In this document: piece after piece, positions 9,707-21,704 of the stretch
Layout of the letters: the number at the start of each line of letters is the position of its first letter
How positions within the stretch are numbered: position 1 is the stretch's first letter
Assembly: GCA_024277435.1 (NCBI GenBank)
Contig: JAJRVJ010000009.1
Location: 1,226-65,225 of the forward strand
Reading direction: 5' to 3'
Source of the DNA: Patescibacteria group bacterium
GTDB taxonomy: Bacteria > Patescibacteriota > Patescibacteriia > UBA9570
DNA length: 64,000 nt
The notes under the pieces: generated by a model
What the model was told of the DNA's origin: nothing
Database searches by the model: none
The model's input: only the letters and a program-made list of their open reading frames with translations
Translations under genes and position numbers: made by a program

Positions 9707-10721
9707 GGGATGTATCTTTATACTTTTTTAGCTCCTTTTTAAGTTCGATCATCTTTTCTTCACGTCCAACAGAATGTTTCGCAAACTTCTGTAACTGTGT
9801 ATTTAATTTTGAAATTGAAACATACCTCCATGCAACCATCATAATCATCACCACTCCAATCATTATGCCAGCAAAAGATGCTACGCGCGCTGCCGTCCAA
9901 TATGGCGCTGGTTCTGCGAACCATTTCACATACATTTCATGATACTCTTCTGTTTCTAAAAACTGTCTAAGCGCTTGATCGAGGCGTTGCTGTAATTCAA
10001 CATCTCCCTCTGCAACGGCAATGCCTCTCTTTATTTCTTCAAGCGGCTCGCCAACAACTTGAATTTTATCACTCAAGCCAGTATCTTCTGTAAGTCGTAA
10101 CATCACCGGCTGTGGATATGCTAGCGCATCAACATTGCCCGATAATAATTCAAAAAAAGCATCGTATGGATGTTGAAATACTTCAAAATACATCCCTTTA
10201 TTCTGCAGTAAGGTTACAGCAACATTCTCCTCAACAATAGCAACGTGCTTACCACGCAAATCATCAACGCTTTCGATTCCCTTACTATCTGCTCGAACAA
10301 ATATAGACACACTAAATGCCTCCATTGGAATAGTAAAATCTAAATATTCATCACGCTCATCAGTGATGCCAATATTTGGGATCACATCGGCCTCGCCGTC
10401 ACGCATTACCTGTAATACCTCGGACCATGTCTCCTCTATTTGATAGGTTAGATTGATATTCGCACGCTTAGCCACCTCATTCATTACATCAATGGCAAAC
10501 CCATATGGCTCACCTAATTCGTCTATAGAATATTGCGGTGGAAATAATTTTGGTATCACAGCAATAACATCAATTTCTTCCATAACATCACCTGTAGCCA
10601 CTGTCTCGTCTTTATCATGGGCAGCAAAAATAACATGTGGAGCACTAAATAACGCTATAGAAACACAAACAAATACAATACTAGCTATTGTATAATTAAA
10701 TTTTGTAAGCTCATTTGTCAT
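9699..10721 (-). CDS. Membrane-anchored amino-acid-binding (SBP family 3) sensor protein
   Basis: N-terminal hydrophobic segment, PPQY...GFAIDV, ITDERDEYLDFT, then a C-terminal TM and coiled coil VGREEKMIELKKEL. Confidence 0.85.
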   Translation of the reverse strand: MTNELTKFNYTIASIVFVCVSIALFSAPHVIFAAHDKDETVATGDVMEEIDVIAVIPKLFPPQYSIDELGEPYGFAIDVMNEVAKRANINLTYQIEETWSEVLQVMRDGEADVIPNIGITDERDEYLDFTIPMEAFSVSIFVRADSKGIESVDDLRGKHVAIVEENVAVTLLQNKGMYFEVFQHPYDAFFELLSGNVDALAYPQPVMLRLTEDTGLSDKIQVVGEPLEEIKRGIAVAEGDVELQQRLDQALRQFLETEEYHEMYVKWFAEPAPYWTAARVASFAGIMIGVVMIMMVAWRYVSISKLNTQLQKFAKHSVGREEKMIELKKELKKYKDTSLD

Positions 10722-10838
10722 CTCGAAAAATCTTATCGAGTTATTCCTGCAGCATGCTCTATGCTATGCAGTATATCACTTCATATTTGCGTGGCAAATA
10801 AAACCCCCGCTCAAACTCATCCCTCTTCTCTACATACA

Positions 10839-11328
10839 TCAATATAGTATATGTACAGGAAAGGACCGGAAGATACGTGGATCAATCCACTATTCTCGAC
10901 GTCCGGCTGGAACACAATCAAGATAGCTCCTAGCTCCATCGAGGTAGATCCGCCAGCGGCCCTCATAGAAGGCCTGACTGAACTCGATCTCCTCGCGGGT
11001 GTAGTGCTTGTAACGCTTCAGCAAGGCGTCAATATCCTTGACCAGGCCAAAGTACAGATGGGTACAGAGGTGAATCCTCTCCAGCTGCCTGCCAACAGTT
11101 ATCTGCGGATCAATGTCTCCCTGCTCGGTCAACTGCTGCGTTCAAGATGCAGATGTAGGCTTCAGCCGTAAGAGGCTTCGTGTTCTTAGCGAGGTCGATA
11201 AGCCGCCGTATGACGCAGATGTAGCGTCCCTTCGTGCGACAAGTGTGGGAGGTGCGGAACTTCCCACTCTTGCGGAACATCTCCTCAGCAACGAGAATCT
11301 GCACATCTTCAAGAGTAATGCGATCCAT
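10839..11328 (-). pseudogene. GC-rich frameshifted hypothetical gene remnant
   Basis: Overlapping ORFs 11110..11370 and 10890..11132 lie in different frames; base composition is visibly more GC-rich than the flanks. Confidence 0.4.
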
Positions 11329-11475
11329 GATGTAAATTCCTTTGGGAATGTGCGGTATCAAGTGAAACAAAAGCGATTCAAATGACTATGCAGTATAGTT
11401 AATTAGCGTATAATGTAAATTTAATAATTATATATAGTAAATATTGAATATTTTTAGCTAACATTATATAATTAT

Positions 11476-11496
11476 TTGTAATAATATTTATTACAA
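11476..11496. promoter_or_regulatory. Palindromic operator candidate upstream of the TrmB-like regulator
   Basis: TTGTAATAA-tat-TTATTACAA perfect inverted repeat just upstream of a TATAAT and ATG 11519. Confidence 0.45.
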
Positions 11497-11518
11497 CATT
11501 ATATAATAATCTCAAGAC

Positions 11519-12289
11519 ATGAAGTTAGATGAAGTAAAAAAACTTGTAGAAAGCATTGGATTATCCGATAAAGAAGCCTCCGTATATTTATCTCTATTAT
11601 CTTTTGATTACTTAAAAGTGTCTGATTTAGCCAAAAAAGTCGATATTCACCGAGTTGCACTATATGCAGTACTGGATAACTTAATTCAAAAGGGCTTAGC
11701 TAATAAATTCAAAAAAAGTGGCGCAACTTACTTTAGCGCCTTATCCCCTAAGCGACTGTTAAACTACATGGATCGTGAACGTGAAGATATGGAGGCTCGA
11801 TACGAAAAGCAACGCAAATTATTAGAAGAAATGATCCCTAAAATAGAATCTACTCGATTTGAACAAAGTGATAAGCCGCACGTCCAGTTTTATGAAGGAA
11901 AAAAAGGTATGCGTGAAGCCTACGAAGATACACTCACTGCCCAAGAAACTATTAGAGCATATGCCAATGTACAAACCATGCACGAAGCATTACCAAATTT
12001 CTTTCCAAAATATTATAAACGCCGTACCGACGCTAAAATCGCGATCCGTGCAATTATGCCAAACAATACCGCCTCACAAGAACGCGCAGAAAAAGACCCG
12101 CAAGAATTACGCCAATCACGATTTCTTACTGATGACAATACATTTTCACCAGAGGTAAATATTTATAACAACAAAGTACTCATCACTTCATGGAAAGAAC
12201 AGATGGCTATTATTATTGAATCCAAAGAATACGCCGATCTTCAAAAAAGTATTTACGACCAACTCTGGAAATCCCTGCCAAAAAGCTAG
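11519..12289 (+). CDS. TrmB-family transcriptional regulator
   Basis: GLSDKEASVYLSLL wHTH, LYAVLDNLIQKGL, PHVQFYEGKKG and EVNIYNNKV C-domain. Confidence 0.88.
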   Translation: MKLDEVKKLVESIGLSDKEASVYLSLLSFDYLKVSDLAKKVDIHRVALYAVLDNLIQKGLANKFKKSGATYFSALSPKRLLNYMDREREDMEARYEKQRKLLEEMIPKIESTRFEQSDKPHVQFYEGKKGMREAYEDTLTAQETIRAYANVQTMHEALPNFFPKYYKRRTDAKIAIRAIMPNNTASQERAEKDPQELRQSRFLTDDNTFSPEVNIYNNKVLITSWKEQMAIIIESKEYADLQKSIYDQLWKSLPKS

Positions 12290-12295
12290 AAAAGA

Positions 12296-12326
12296 AAAAC
12301 CCTCCCCTAAGTTAGGGGGGGGTAAA
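12296..12326. terminator. Hairpin between convergent trmB-like and ahcY genes
   Basis: accctcccctaa-g-ttagggggggt with an A-run on the left side. Confidence 0.55.
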
Positions 12327-12352
12327 TCTTATAGTGATTTTGATAAACTACT

Positions 12353-14568
<2,216 letters not shown>

Positions 14569-14573
14569 GCGTA

Positions 14574-15734
14574 TTACTGAACCGCCTTCTTAAGCTGATC
14601 AACTTTATTGGTTTGTTCCCATGGAAACTCAGGGCGACCAAAGTGACCGTATGCTGCAGTAGCTCTATAAATAGGACGCTTAAGATCTAACTCCGTAATA
14701 ATTCCAGCTGGAGTAAGATCAAATGCTTCACGTACAGCTGCCACTAATTTTTCTGCGTCCACTTTACCGGTTCCAAATGTTTCAACCATTACACTTACTG
14801 GCTCTGGGAATCCAATGGCATAGGATAATTGTACTTCACAACGATCTGCTAAATCTGCCGCTACAATGTTCTTCGCAACGTACCGTGCCATGTAGGCACC
14901 GGATCGATCTTGCTTATTTGGTACTTTTCCAGAGAAGGCCCCACCACCATGTCGTCCCATACCACCGTAGGTATCAACAATAATTTTACGACCGGTTAAT
15001 CCAGTATCGCCGTGTGGGCCGCCAATTACGAACTTACCTGTCTCATTAATATAATATGTCGTATTTTCATCTGCTAAATCACCAATTACTGGGTCAATCA
15101 CATGCTTTTTAATATCTGCTCGAACCTGCTCTAAATCCATGTCGTCATGTTGAGCAGCAATTACTACTGCATCTACGCGTACTGGTTTACCATCTTCGTA
15201 CTCTACAGTTACCTGACTTTTACCATCTGGCCGTAGGTACGCAAGGGTACCATCTTTACGAACCTCTGCTAATTTCTTCGTTAGCCCATGTGCCAACATA
15301 ATTGGCATTGGCATAAGTTCTTCTGTTTCTTTACATGCATAACCAAACATCATACCTTGATCACCAGCACCTTGCTCTTTATGATCACCCTCTTCTAATT
15401 TTTCACCTTGAGCGATTTCAGTGCTCTGTTCATCAACGGTAACCATTACACCACAACTATTGGCATCAATACCATACGCATCATCGGTATAACCAATATC
15501 GGTTAATACACCCCGAACGATACCAGGAATATCAACATATGTTTTTGTGGTGATCTCGCCACCCACTACTACTAAACCTGTTGTAGTGAACACCTCACAA
15601 CAACACGCTCCATCTGGGTCGTCTTTCAGTACTGCATCGAGTACTGCATCGGAAATTTGATCAGCAATCTTATCTGGATGCCCTTCGGTTACCGACTCCG
15701 AAGTAAATAATGTTCGTTCTTTTGAATTAGACAT
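14574..15734 (-). CDS. metK: S-adenosylmethionine synthetase
   Basis: [40 protein letters not shown]. Confidence 0.98.
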   Translation of the reverse strand: MSNSKERTLFTSESVTEGHPDKIADQISDAVLDAVLKDDPDGACCCEVFTTTGLVVVGGEITTKTYVDIPGIVRGVLTDIGYTDDAYGIDANSCGVMVTVDEQSTEIAQGEKLEEGDHKEQGAGDQGMMFGYACKETEELMPMPIMLAHGLTKKLAEVRKDGTLAYLRPDGKSQVTVEYEDGKPVRVDAVVIAAQHDDMDLEQVRADIKKHVIDPVIGDLADENTTYYINETGKFVIGGPHGDTGLTGRKIIVDTYGGMGRHGGGAFSGKVPNKQDRSGAYMARYVAKNIVAADLADRCEVQLSYAIGFPEPVSVMVETFGTGKVDAEKLVAAVREAFDLTPAGIITELDLKRPIYRATAAYGHFGRPEFPWEQTNKVDQLKKAVQ

Positions 15735-15738
15735 ATTT

Positions 15739-15836
15739 TACCTATCTTACGTAATTAAACGCGGTTAGGTATTGAGGCCTAGAAGTAATCGTTTATCTCG
15801 TAGAGAGCATAAGCGATGCAACCGCTAAACCTCGAT
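15739..15836 (-). ncRNA. Candidate SAH/SAM-sensing riboswitch-like leader
   Basis: 9-bp P1, inner hairpin, 7-bp pseudoknot and an alternative anti-RBS helix in the 5' UTR of metK-kinase-ahcY (see findings). Confidence 0.5.
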
Positions 15837-15856
15837 ATCTAAAAACCACGACGGTT

Positions 15857-15885
15857 AGTATAAACTAAGGTGAATAGCAGGTCAA
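15857..15885 (-). promoter_or_regulatory. Sigma70 promoter of the metK operon
   Basis: TTGACC-17 nt-TATACT. Confidence 0.75.
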
Positions 15886-15941
15886 ACCCCATACTATGGC
15901 TTGTATCTTGAACGAAAAAATGACATAATAAGCAGCAGATT

Positions 15942-16619
15942 ATGCTAGAAAGCCTACAGCCATTATTCTCCACCTACACCTGGATAGATCGCCGTATTTT
16001 GAAACGAGAACTTGCTTCATTTTCTGGAAAAATTCTTGATGTTGGATGTGGCAATAAACGGCTGCAAGAATATTTACCAAGCGATACAGACTATACTGGA
16101 ATAGATTTTAATGCCGCCGCCGATATTCAAATGGATATCAGTAAAGAGCCTTATCCATTTAAAGATAATTCGTTCGACTATATTATATGCAACGCGGTAC
16201 TAGAACATGTGAAAAATGATGATTTTGTATTAAACGAAATTTATCGCGTGCTAAAGCCTGGTGGCACATTATATGTAAGCATTCCATTCATGCAACCATA
16301 TCATGCCGACCCTGATGACTTCCGTCGCTATACTGGCTATGGATTGGAGAACAAACTCAAAGAACATGGCTTTGCTGATATGCGTAGCCTAGAAGCCTAT
16401 GGAACGTTGCTTACTATTGAATATCTTGTATTCGCCGAGGTTGGAAAATATCTTGAGAATAAAAAACGGCTACTCAACCCATTCCGTTGGCTTTATCTCC
16501 TCTTGTTATTGAATGTCTACATTACCAGTAAAATTGCTTCTCTAATCCTTTATCCATTGCAAAAAAACGATTCCTACATTTCGCCCGGATCGAAATGTAT
16601 TTGCAAAAAGCCTGCATAG
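15942..16619 (+). CDS. Class I SAM-dependent methyltransferase (glycan-locus type)
   Basis: ILDVGCG, VLEHV, RVLKPGG, YHADPDDFRRYT. Confidence 0.88.
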   Translation: MLESLQPLFSTYTWIDRRILKRELASFSGKILDVGCGNKRLQEYLPSDTDYTGIDFNAAADIQMDISKEPYPFKDNSFDYIICNAVLEHVKNDDFVLNEIYRVLKPGGTLYVSIPFMQPYHADPDDFRRYTGYGLENKLKEHGFADMRSLEAYGTLLTIEYLVFAEVGKYLENKKRLLNPFRWLYLLLLLNVYITSKIASLILYPLQKNDSYISPGSKCICKKPA

Positions 16620-16667
16620 TCAATACATATTGCCTAAAACAAGTATTTGTGTTCAAATACAGTGGTT

Positions 16668-17600
16668 ATGAATATAAAAATCGAGAATCCTGAAATAGCG
16701 GTCATTATACCGTGCTTAAATGAAAAAACTACAATCGCTAAAGTTGTTGGCGATTTTAAAGCTGAACTACCACAAGCAAAAATATATGTGTACGACAATG
16801 GCTCAACCGACAATTCAGTTGAGCTAGCAGAAAACGCTGGAGCAATTGTTCGAGTAGAGCCACATAAGGGTAAAGGAAATGTTGTGCGCCGGATGTTCGA
16901 GGAAATTGAAGCTGACATCTATATTATGATTGATGGTGACGATACATATCCGGCGAAAGAAGTGCATCATCTGTTAAAACCAGTTGTAGAAGAAGGTGTA
17001 GATATGGTTGTGGGTGATCGCTTGGCACATACCGAGAATCATAAAGATAGTATTAGTTGGCTACATCAATTAGGAAACAAATTTTTTCTATTGATGCTTA
17101 ATACATTATTTCGATCAAACTTCAAAGACATTCTCTCTGGGTATCGTGTAATGAATCGCGACTTTGTAAAGAATATTCCATTACTCGCTCAAGAATTTGA
17201 AGTTGAAACAGAAATGACAATTCAAGCATTAGAGCGCCGATACATTGTTGTAGAACGACCAATTCATTATCGATCTAGACCAGACGGCAGTGAATCGAAA
17301 GTAAATACTTTCCGAGACGGTTTCAAAATTCTGTTTACCATTGTGTGGATCTTGCGTGATTATCGACCGATGACATTCTTTAGTATAGTAGCTGGTGGAT
17401 TTCTTGGAACCGGCATGATATTAGGCTCAGTAATTATTCAAGAATTTATTCAAACAGGTGAGGTATTACGCATGCCAACAGCATTATTATCTATTGGCCT
17501 TGTGTTAATTGGTGTATTTGTATGGTTAACTGGATTTATGATAAGCACAATTAACCGACGCTTTAACGAACTCGACACGTTAATGAAAAAACGCCGCTAA
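16668..17600 (+). CDS. GT2 polyprenyl-phosphate glycosyltransferase with two C-terminal TM helices
   Basis: IIPCLNE, YDNGSTD, IDGDDTY, DILSGYR, FEVETEMT. Confidence 0.88.
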   Translation: MNIKIENPEIAVIIPCLNEKTTIAKVVGDFKAELPQAKIYVYDNGSTDNSVELAENAGAIVRVEPHKGKGNVVRRMFEEIEADIYIMIDGDDTYPAKEVHHLLKPVVEEGVDMVVGDRLAHTENHKDSISWLHQLGNKFFLLMLNTLFRSNFKDILSGYRVMNRDFVKNIPLLAQEFEVETEMTIQALERRYIVVERPIHYRSRPDGSESKVNTFRDGFKILFTIVWILRDYRPMTFFSIVAGGFLGTGMILGSVIIQEFIQTGEVLRMPTALLSIGLVLIGVFVWLTGFMISTINRRFNELDTLMKKRR

Positions 17601-17614
17601 CCCTAAAGGTACAT

Positions 17615-18727
17615 ATGCGCGTTTGCATCATCACTCCGTTTTTTAACGAATATCCAAATGCCATGGCCAGTGCTGAAAAAATGGCCAAGGCATTATCCGA
17701 GCAACACACCGTAACTGTATATACTAGCCGCACATATAATGCTGCTGCAATAGAACAATTAGATAACGTACACATTGAACGCTTACCTGCCTGGTACATT
17801 CCAGAGCCAGCTAATTATGTGTTTACACGTGGCTTGATTCGTAGACTCTGGAAACACCGTAATGATTTTGATATATTTATTATCAATAAATATATGTGGC
17901 CAGTTGCGTGGTCTACTATATTTCTGAAGCTATTAGGCAAACCGGTGATTTTGGCGACCGATGCGTTTCAAGGTTACGATTGGTGGAGCTGGTCCAAACC
18001 AGTTAATACCATTATGTGGTTGTATGCCAGAACCATCGGCTTAGTTGTTCTAAAACTAGCTGATACAGTTGTGTTATTTCATCAGGGCCTCGTAACACGA
18101 GCCAAAGCATTAACACTTCCCTTTCAAGTAATTCATAATGGCATTCATGCAGAGAATTTTCACAACGCCCAGCCAGCTAAAGATATTCGCGATAATAAAA
18201 ATCAAATAATTATTACCTATATAGGCAGGCTTGATAAAATTAAAGGCTATCTTGATTTCTTAACAGTTGCTAAAAAATTAGCCTCAAGCAATGTGCAGTA
18301 TAAATTTGTGGTAGTAGGCAATACACATAATCGTGAAGAAGTGATGAAACAATATAGTAACAAACAAATTGTATTTACAGGTGTACGCAAAGATATTCCT
18401 GCGGTACTAGCCGTCAGCGATATGTTGATACTACCAACCTATGGTGATGGATTGCCAAATGTAATAATGGAAGCAATGGCTGCCGGACTTCCATGTATTG
18501 GAACAAATATTAATGGCCTACCCTATTTAATTGAAGATTCCGTAACTGGATTTACTATTAGCCCAGGCGATACTAAAGCGTTAGAAGAAAAAATTCAGCG
18601 ATTAGCTAATAATAAAGAGTTGAGAGAACATATGGGGGTAGCTGGCTATAAAAAGATTATGCGAGAATTTAATTGGGAGTATATTGTTAAAGAATACAGC
18701 GAACTATTTGGCAACCTTACGAACTAG
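17615..18727 (+). CDS. GT4 glycosyltransferase
   Basis: IHNGI, YIGRLDKIKG, DGLPNVIMEAMAAG. Confidence 0.9.
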   Translation: MRVCIITPFFNEYPNAMASAEKMAKALSEQHTVTVYTSRTYNAAAIEQLDNVHIERLPAWYIPEPANYVFTRGLIRRLWKHRNDFDIFIINKYMWPVAWSTIFLKLLGKPVILATDAFQGYDWWSWSKPVNTIMWLYARTIGLVVLKLADTVVLFHQGLVTRAKALTLPFQVIHNGIHAENFHNAQPAKDIRDNKNQIIITYIGRLDKIKGYLDFLTVAKKLASSNVQYKFVVVGNTHNREEVMKQYSNKQIVFTGVRKDIPAVLAVSDMLILPTYGDGLPNVIMEAMAAGLPCIGTNINGLPYLIEDSVTGFTISPGDTKALEEKIQRLANNKELREHMGVAGYKKIMREFNWEYIVKEYSELFGNLTN

Positions 18728-18746
18728 CTGATATACTAGTTCTGGT

Positions 18747-19814
18747 ATGAAAATCATCCATCTTATTACCGGACTCACTGTGGGAGGAGCCGAACAGATG
18801 TTATTGAAAACTGTTCCCTATTTACAGGGCGAACACGTTGTTATTAGTATTATTCCGCAAGCAAAAATTGGTGAGGAATTAGAAGCAGCTGGAGTAGATG
18901 TACGATATTTGAATTTACACTCAATGCTAGACATCCACGCACCTTTTAAGCTCTATAAAATATTACGTACCGAGCAACCCAATATTCTTATTACCTATTT
19001 ATTACACGCCGATATTCTCGGTCGCTTGATTGGAAAACTCGCTCGCGTGCCAAAAATTATTTCCTCCATACGATGTGCTCATAAAGATAAGAAATTCTTT
19101 GTATGGCTATCCAAGCTAACCGCCAACCTTGCTGACCACTACGTGGCAGTATCTCATGAAGTATGCACATGGACACAACAACGCCTCAATGTGCCAGCAG
19201 AAAACATCACTGTAATTCATAATGGAATTCTATTGCCTGAACTAAATAGCGCTAAACCAGTAACTGATGTTCCAAAAGATACCATCACTCTTACATTTAT
19301 AGGAAGATTAGATGCGCAAAAAGGCTTACAATATTTAATACAAGCTGCAGAAATTCTACAATCACACGCTTCGCCATGGACATTACTACTTATTGGTGAT
19401 GGACCTGAGCGAAAAAATATTGAGCAACAAATCAAAGCAAAAAAATTATCTAACGTACGCCTCCTAGGATTCCGGCGTGATGTACCGGCTATTCTGCAGC
19501 AATCTGATATCTTCGTATCACCTACATTATTTGAAGGAATCTCTAACGCCATTATGGAAGCCATGAGTTATTCTCTGTCAGTAGTTACAACCGATATTCC
19601 TGAAAATCGTGAATTGATTGATCATGAAAAGAATGGTATAGTTGTTCCGGTTCGCAGCGGCTCTGCACTAGCCGAAGCCCTGCAATTATTGATGAATAAC
19701 GCAGAAATGCGACATACACTAGGAACGGCAGCACGTAAAACCATCGAATATGATTTTAGTATCGAACATACTCGAGAGCAATTAAATACTCTCTTTAATT
19801 CACACAGCAAATAA
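18747..19814 (+). CDS. GT4 glycosyltransferase
   Basis: GGAEQML, IGRLDAQKG, EGISNAIMEAM. Confidence 0.9.
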   Translation: MKIIHLITGLTVGGAEQMLLKTVPYLQGEHVVISIIPQAKIGEELEAAGVDVRYLNLHSMLDIHAPFKLYKILRTEQPNILITYLLHADILGRLIGKLARVPKIISSIRCAHKDKKFFVWLSKLTANLADHYVAVSHEVCTWTQQRLNVPAENITVIHNGILLPELNSAKPVTDVPKDTITLTFIGRLDAQKGLQYLIQAAEILQSHASPWTLLLIGDGPERKNIEQQIKAKKLSNVRLLGFRRDVPAILQQSDIFVSPTLFEGISNAIMEAMSYSLSVVTTDIPENRELIDHEKNGIVVPVRSGSALAEALQLLMNNAEMRHTLGTAARKTIEYDFSIEHTREQLNTLFNSHSK

Positions 19815-19820
19815 TACTCT

Positions 19821-21704
19821 ATGTGCGGAATAGCCGGCAAACTCTATTTTAACCAAGACAGCAATATTCATTCCGATGAATTAGATTTGATGCTTAACGA
19901 AATTAAGCATCGCGGACCTGATGATCAAGGAATTGAAACATTTGGAAATGTAGCGCTTGGTCAACGCCGTCTTTCTATTATTGATCTATCGCCTGCTGGA
20001 CATAATCCAATGAGTAACGCGGATGGCACTGTGTGGATTACCTTTAACGGTGAAATTTTCAATCATACAGATTATCGTCCTGAATTAGAAAAAAAAGGAT
20101 ACAAATTTAAATCCCAAACCGATACCGAAGTTATCTTGTACCTCTATGAAGAATATGGCGAAGAGTGCTTACAATATTTGCGTGGCTTTTTTGCATTTGC
20201 TATTTGGGATGCGCCAAAGAAAAAATTATTTATCGCTCGTGACCGGGTTGGTAAAAAACCATTAAAATATTATCTTACCGATACACAATTATCATTTGCC
20301 TCAGAACTTAAAGCTATCTTGGCCGACCCTTCCGTTCCACGTGAAGTTGATGAAGAAGCCATCCATCATTACTTAACCTTAGAATACGTTCAGCATCCAC
20401 AAACTGGCTTCAAACATATTAAAAAACTACCACCAGCTCACTACATGGTGGTACAAGATGGCAAAGTAGAAATTAAACGTTACTGGAAACTTGATTACAG
20501 CAAGAAGCTTGATTTACCCGAAGAAGAATGGATTGAACGCATTCAAGATAAATTAAGTGAAGCCACAAAATTACGCCTCATGAGTGATGTACCGCTTGGC
20601 GCCTTTCTTAGTGGTGGGGTAGATTCCAGTGCAGTAGTGGCCATAATGGCTAAACATACTACTGGACGCGTAAAAACCTTTACCATTGGCTTCAATGAAG
20701 CCTCGCATGATGAATCAGACTACGCACGAATGATTGCTGAAAAATTCAATACCGAACATACAGAATTTATTGTTGAACCTAAATCTGTTGAACTATTTCC
20801 AAAATTAGCCTGGCAGTACGAAGAGCCATTTGCCGATCCTTCCGCCATTCCCTCATACTATCTTGCGGAATTAACTCGTAAGCACGTAACTGTTGCCCTT
20901 AACGGTGATGGTGGCGATGAAAATTTTGCTGGCTACGGACGGTACGATTATCACTTACTCGGGAAACGCTATGAAAAAATTCCTCGCTGGATCCGACAAG
21001 GTATTATTGCAAATAGCACATCTATTGCAAGTAAACTGATTAAAACTACATTCTTCGATAGAGCTAACCGCTTTGCGCAATCCGTGGCTGATACACCAGA
21101 ACGCCGCTACTACAATTATATTTGTTATTTCACTACCGAACAGAAAAAAGAAATTTACACTGAAGAGTTTTGGAATAAAATGAAGGATAAAGAAACGCAA
21201 GATATTCTCGCAGAACTTGCACAACATGCTGGCAATGATGACTATCTTGACAAAACACTCTATACAGATTTCAACTCGTATCTACCAAATGCGTTAATGG
21301 CAAAAGTAGATATTGCCACTATGGCACATTCACTTGAGGGGCGCTCGCCGTTACTTGATCACGAATTACTTGAACTCTCTGCACAAATTCCTTCCAACTT
21401 AAAAATAAAAAATGGTGAGAAGAAATATATTCTTAAAAAATCTTTAGAGGGTATTCTTCCAAATGAAATTCTATATCGACCTAAAATGGGTTTTGGCGTT
21501 CCGTTAGTACATTGGTTCCGCGATGAACTAAAAGACTACATGTATGATGTGATCATGAATGGTGAAGCCATTAAGCGGGGATATTTAGATAAAAATAAAG
21601 TGCAGAAATTACTTGATACTCATGCAAATACTAAAGTGGATTACGCTAATCACATCTGGGCACTCATTATGTTAGAACACTGGTTTGCCACTTGGTTTAA
21701 ATAG
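19821..21704 (+). CDS. asnB: Asparagine synthase-like glutamine amidotransferase (probably glycan amidation)
   Basis: MCGIAG, HRGPD, RLSIID, FNGEI, LSGGVDSS, GDGGDENFAGY. Confidence 0.93.
   Translation: MCGIAGKLYFNQDSNIHSDELDLMLNEIKHRGPDDQGIETFGNVALGQRRLSIIDLSPAGHNPMSNADGTVWITFNGEIFNHTDYRPELEKKGYKFKSQTDTEVILYLYEEYGEECLQYLRGFFAFAIWDAPKKKLFIARDRVGKKPLKYYLTDTQLSFASELKAILADPSVPREVDEEAIHHYLTLEYVQHPQTGFKHIKKLPPAHYMVVQDGKVEIKRYWKLDYSKKLDLPEEEWIERIQDKLSEATKLRLMSDVPLGAFLSGGVDSSAVVAIMAKHTTGRVKTFTIGFNEASHDESDYARMIAEKFNTEHTEFIVEPKSVELFPKLAWQYEEPFADPSAIPSYYLAELTRKHVTVALNGDGGDENFAGYGRYDYHLLGKRYEKIPRWIRQGIIANSTSIASKLIKTTFFDRANRFAQSVADTPERRYYNYICYFTTEQKKEIYTEEFWNKMKDKETQDILAELAQHAGNDDYLDKTLYTDFNSYLPNALMAKVDIATMAHSLEGRSPLLDHELLELSAQIPSNLKIKNGEKKYILKKSLEGILPNEILYRPKMGFGVPLVHWFRDELKDYMYDVIMNGEAIKRGYLDKNKVQKLLDTHANTKVDYANHIWALIMLEHWFATWFK

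Noticed and set aside
15735-15856. Canonical SAM-I, SAM-II or SMK riboswitch
   Set aside because: Hallmark sequences (AUCAAGAG...GCAACC; the SMK UUCCCGAAAGG) are absent on the sense strand; only an SAH-like layout is apparent.
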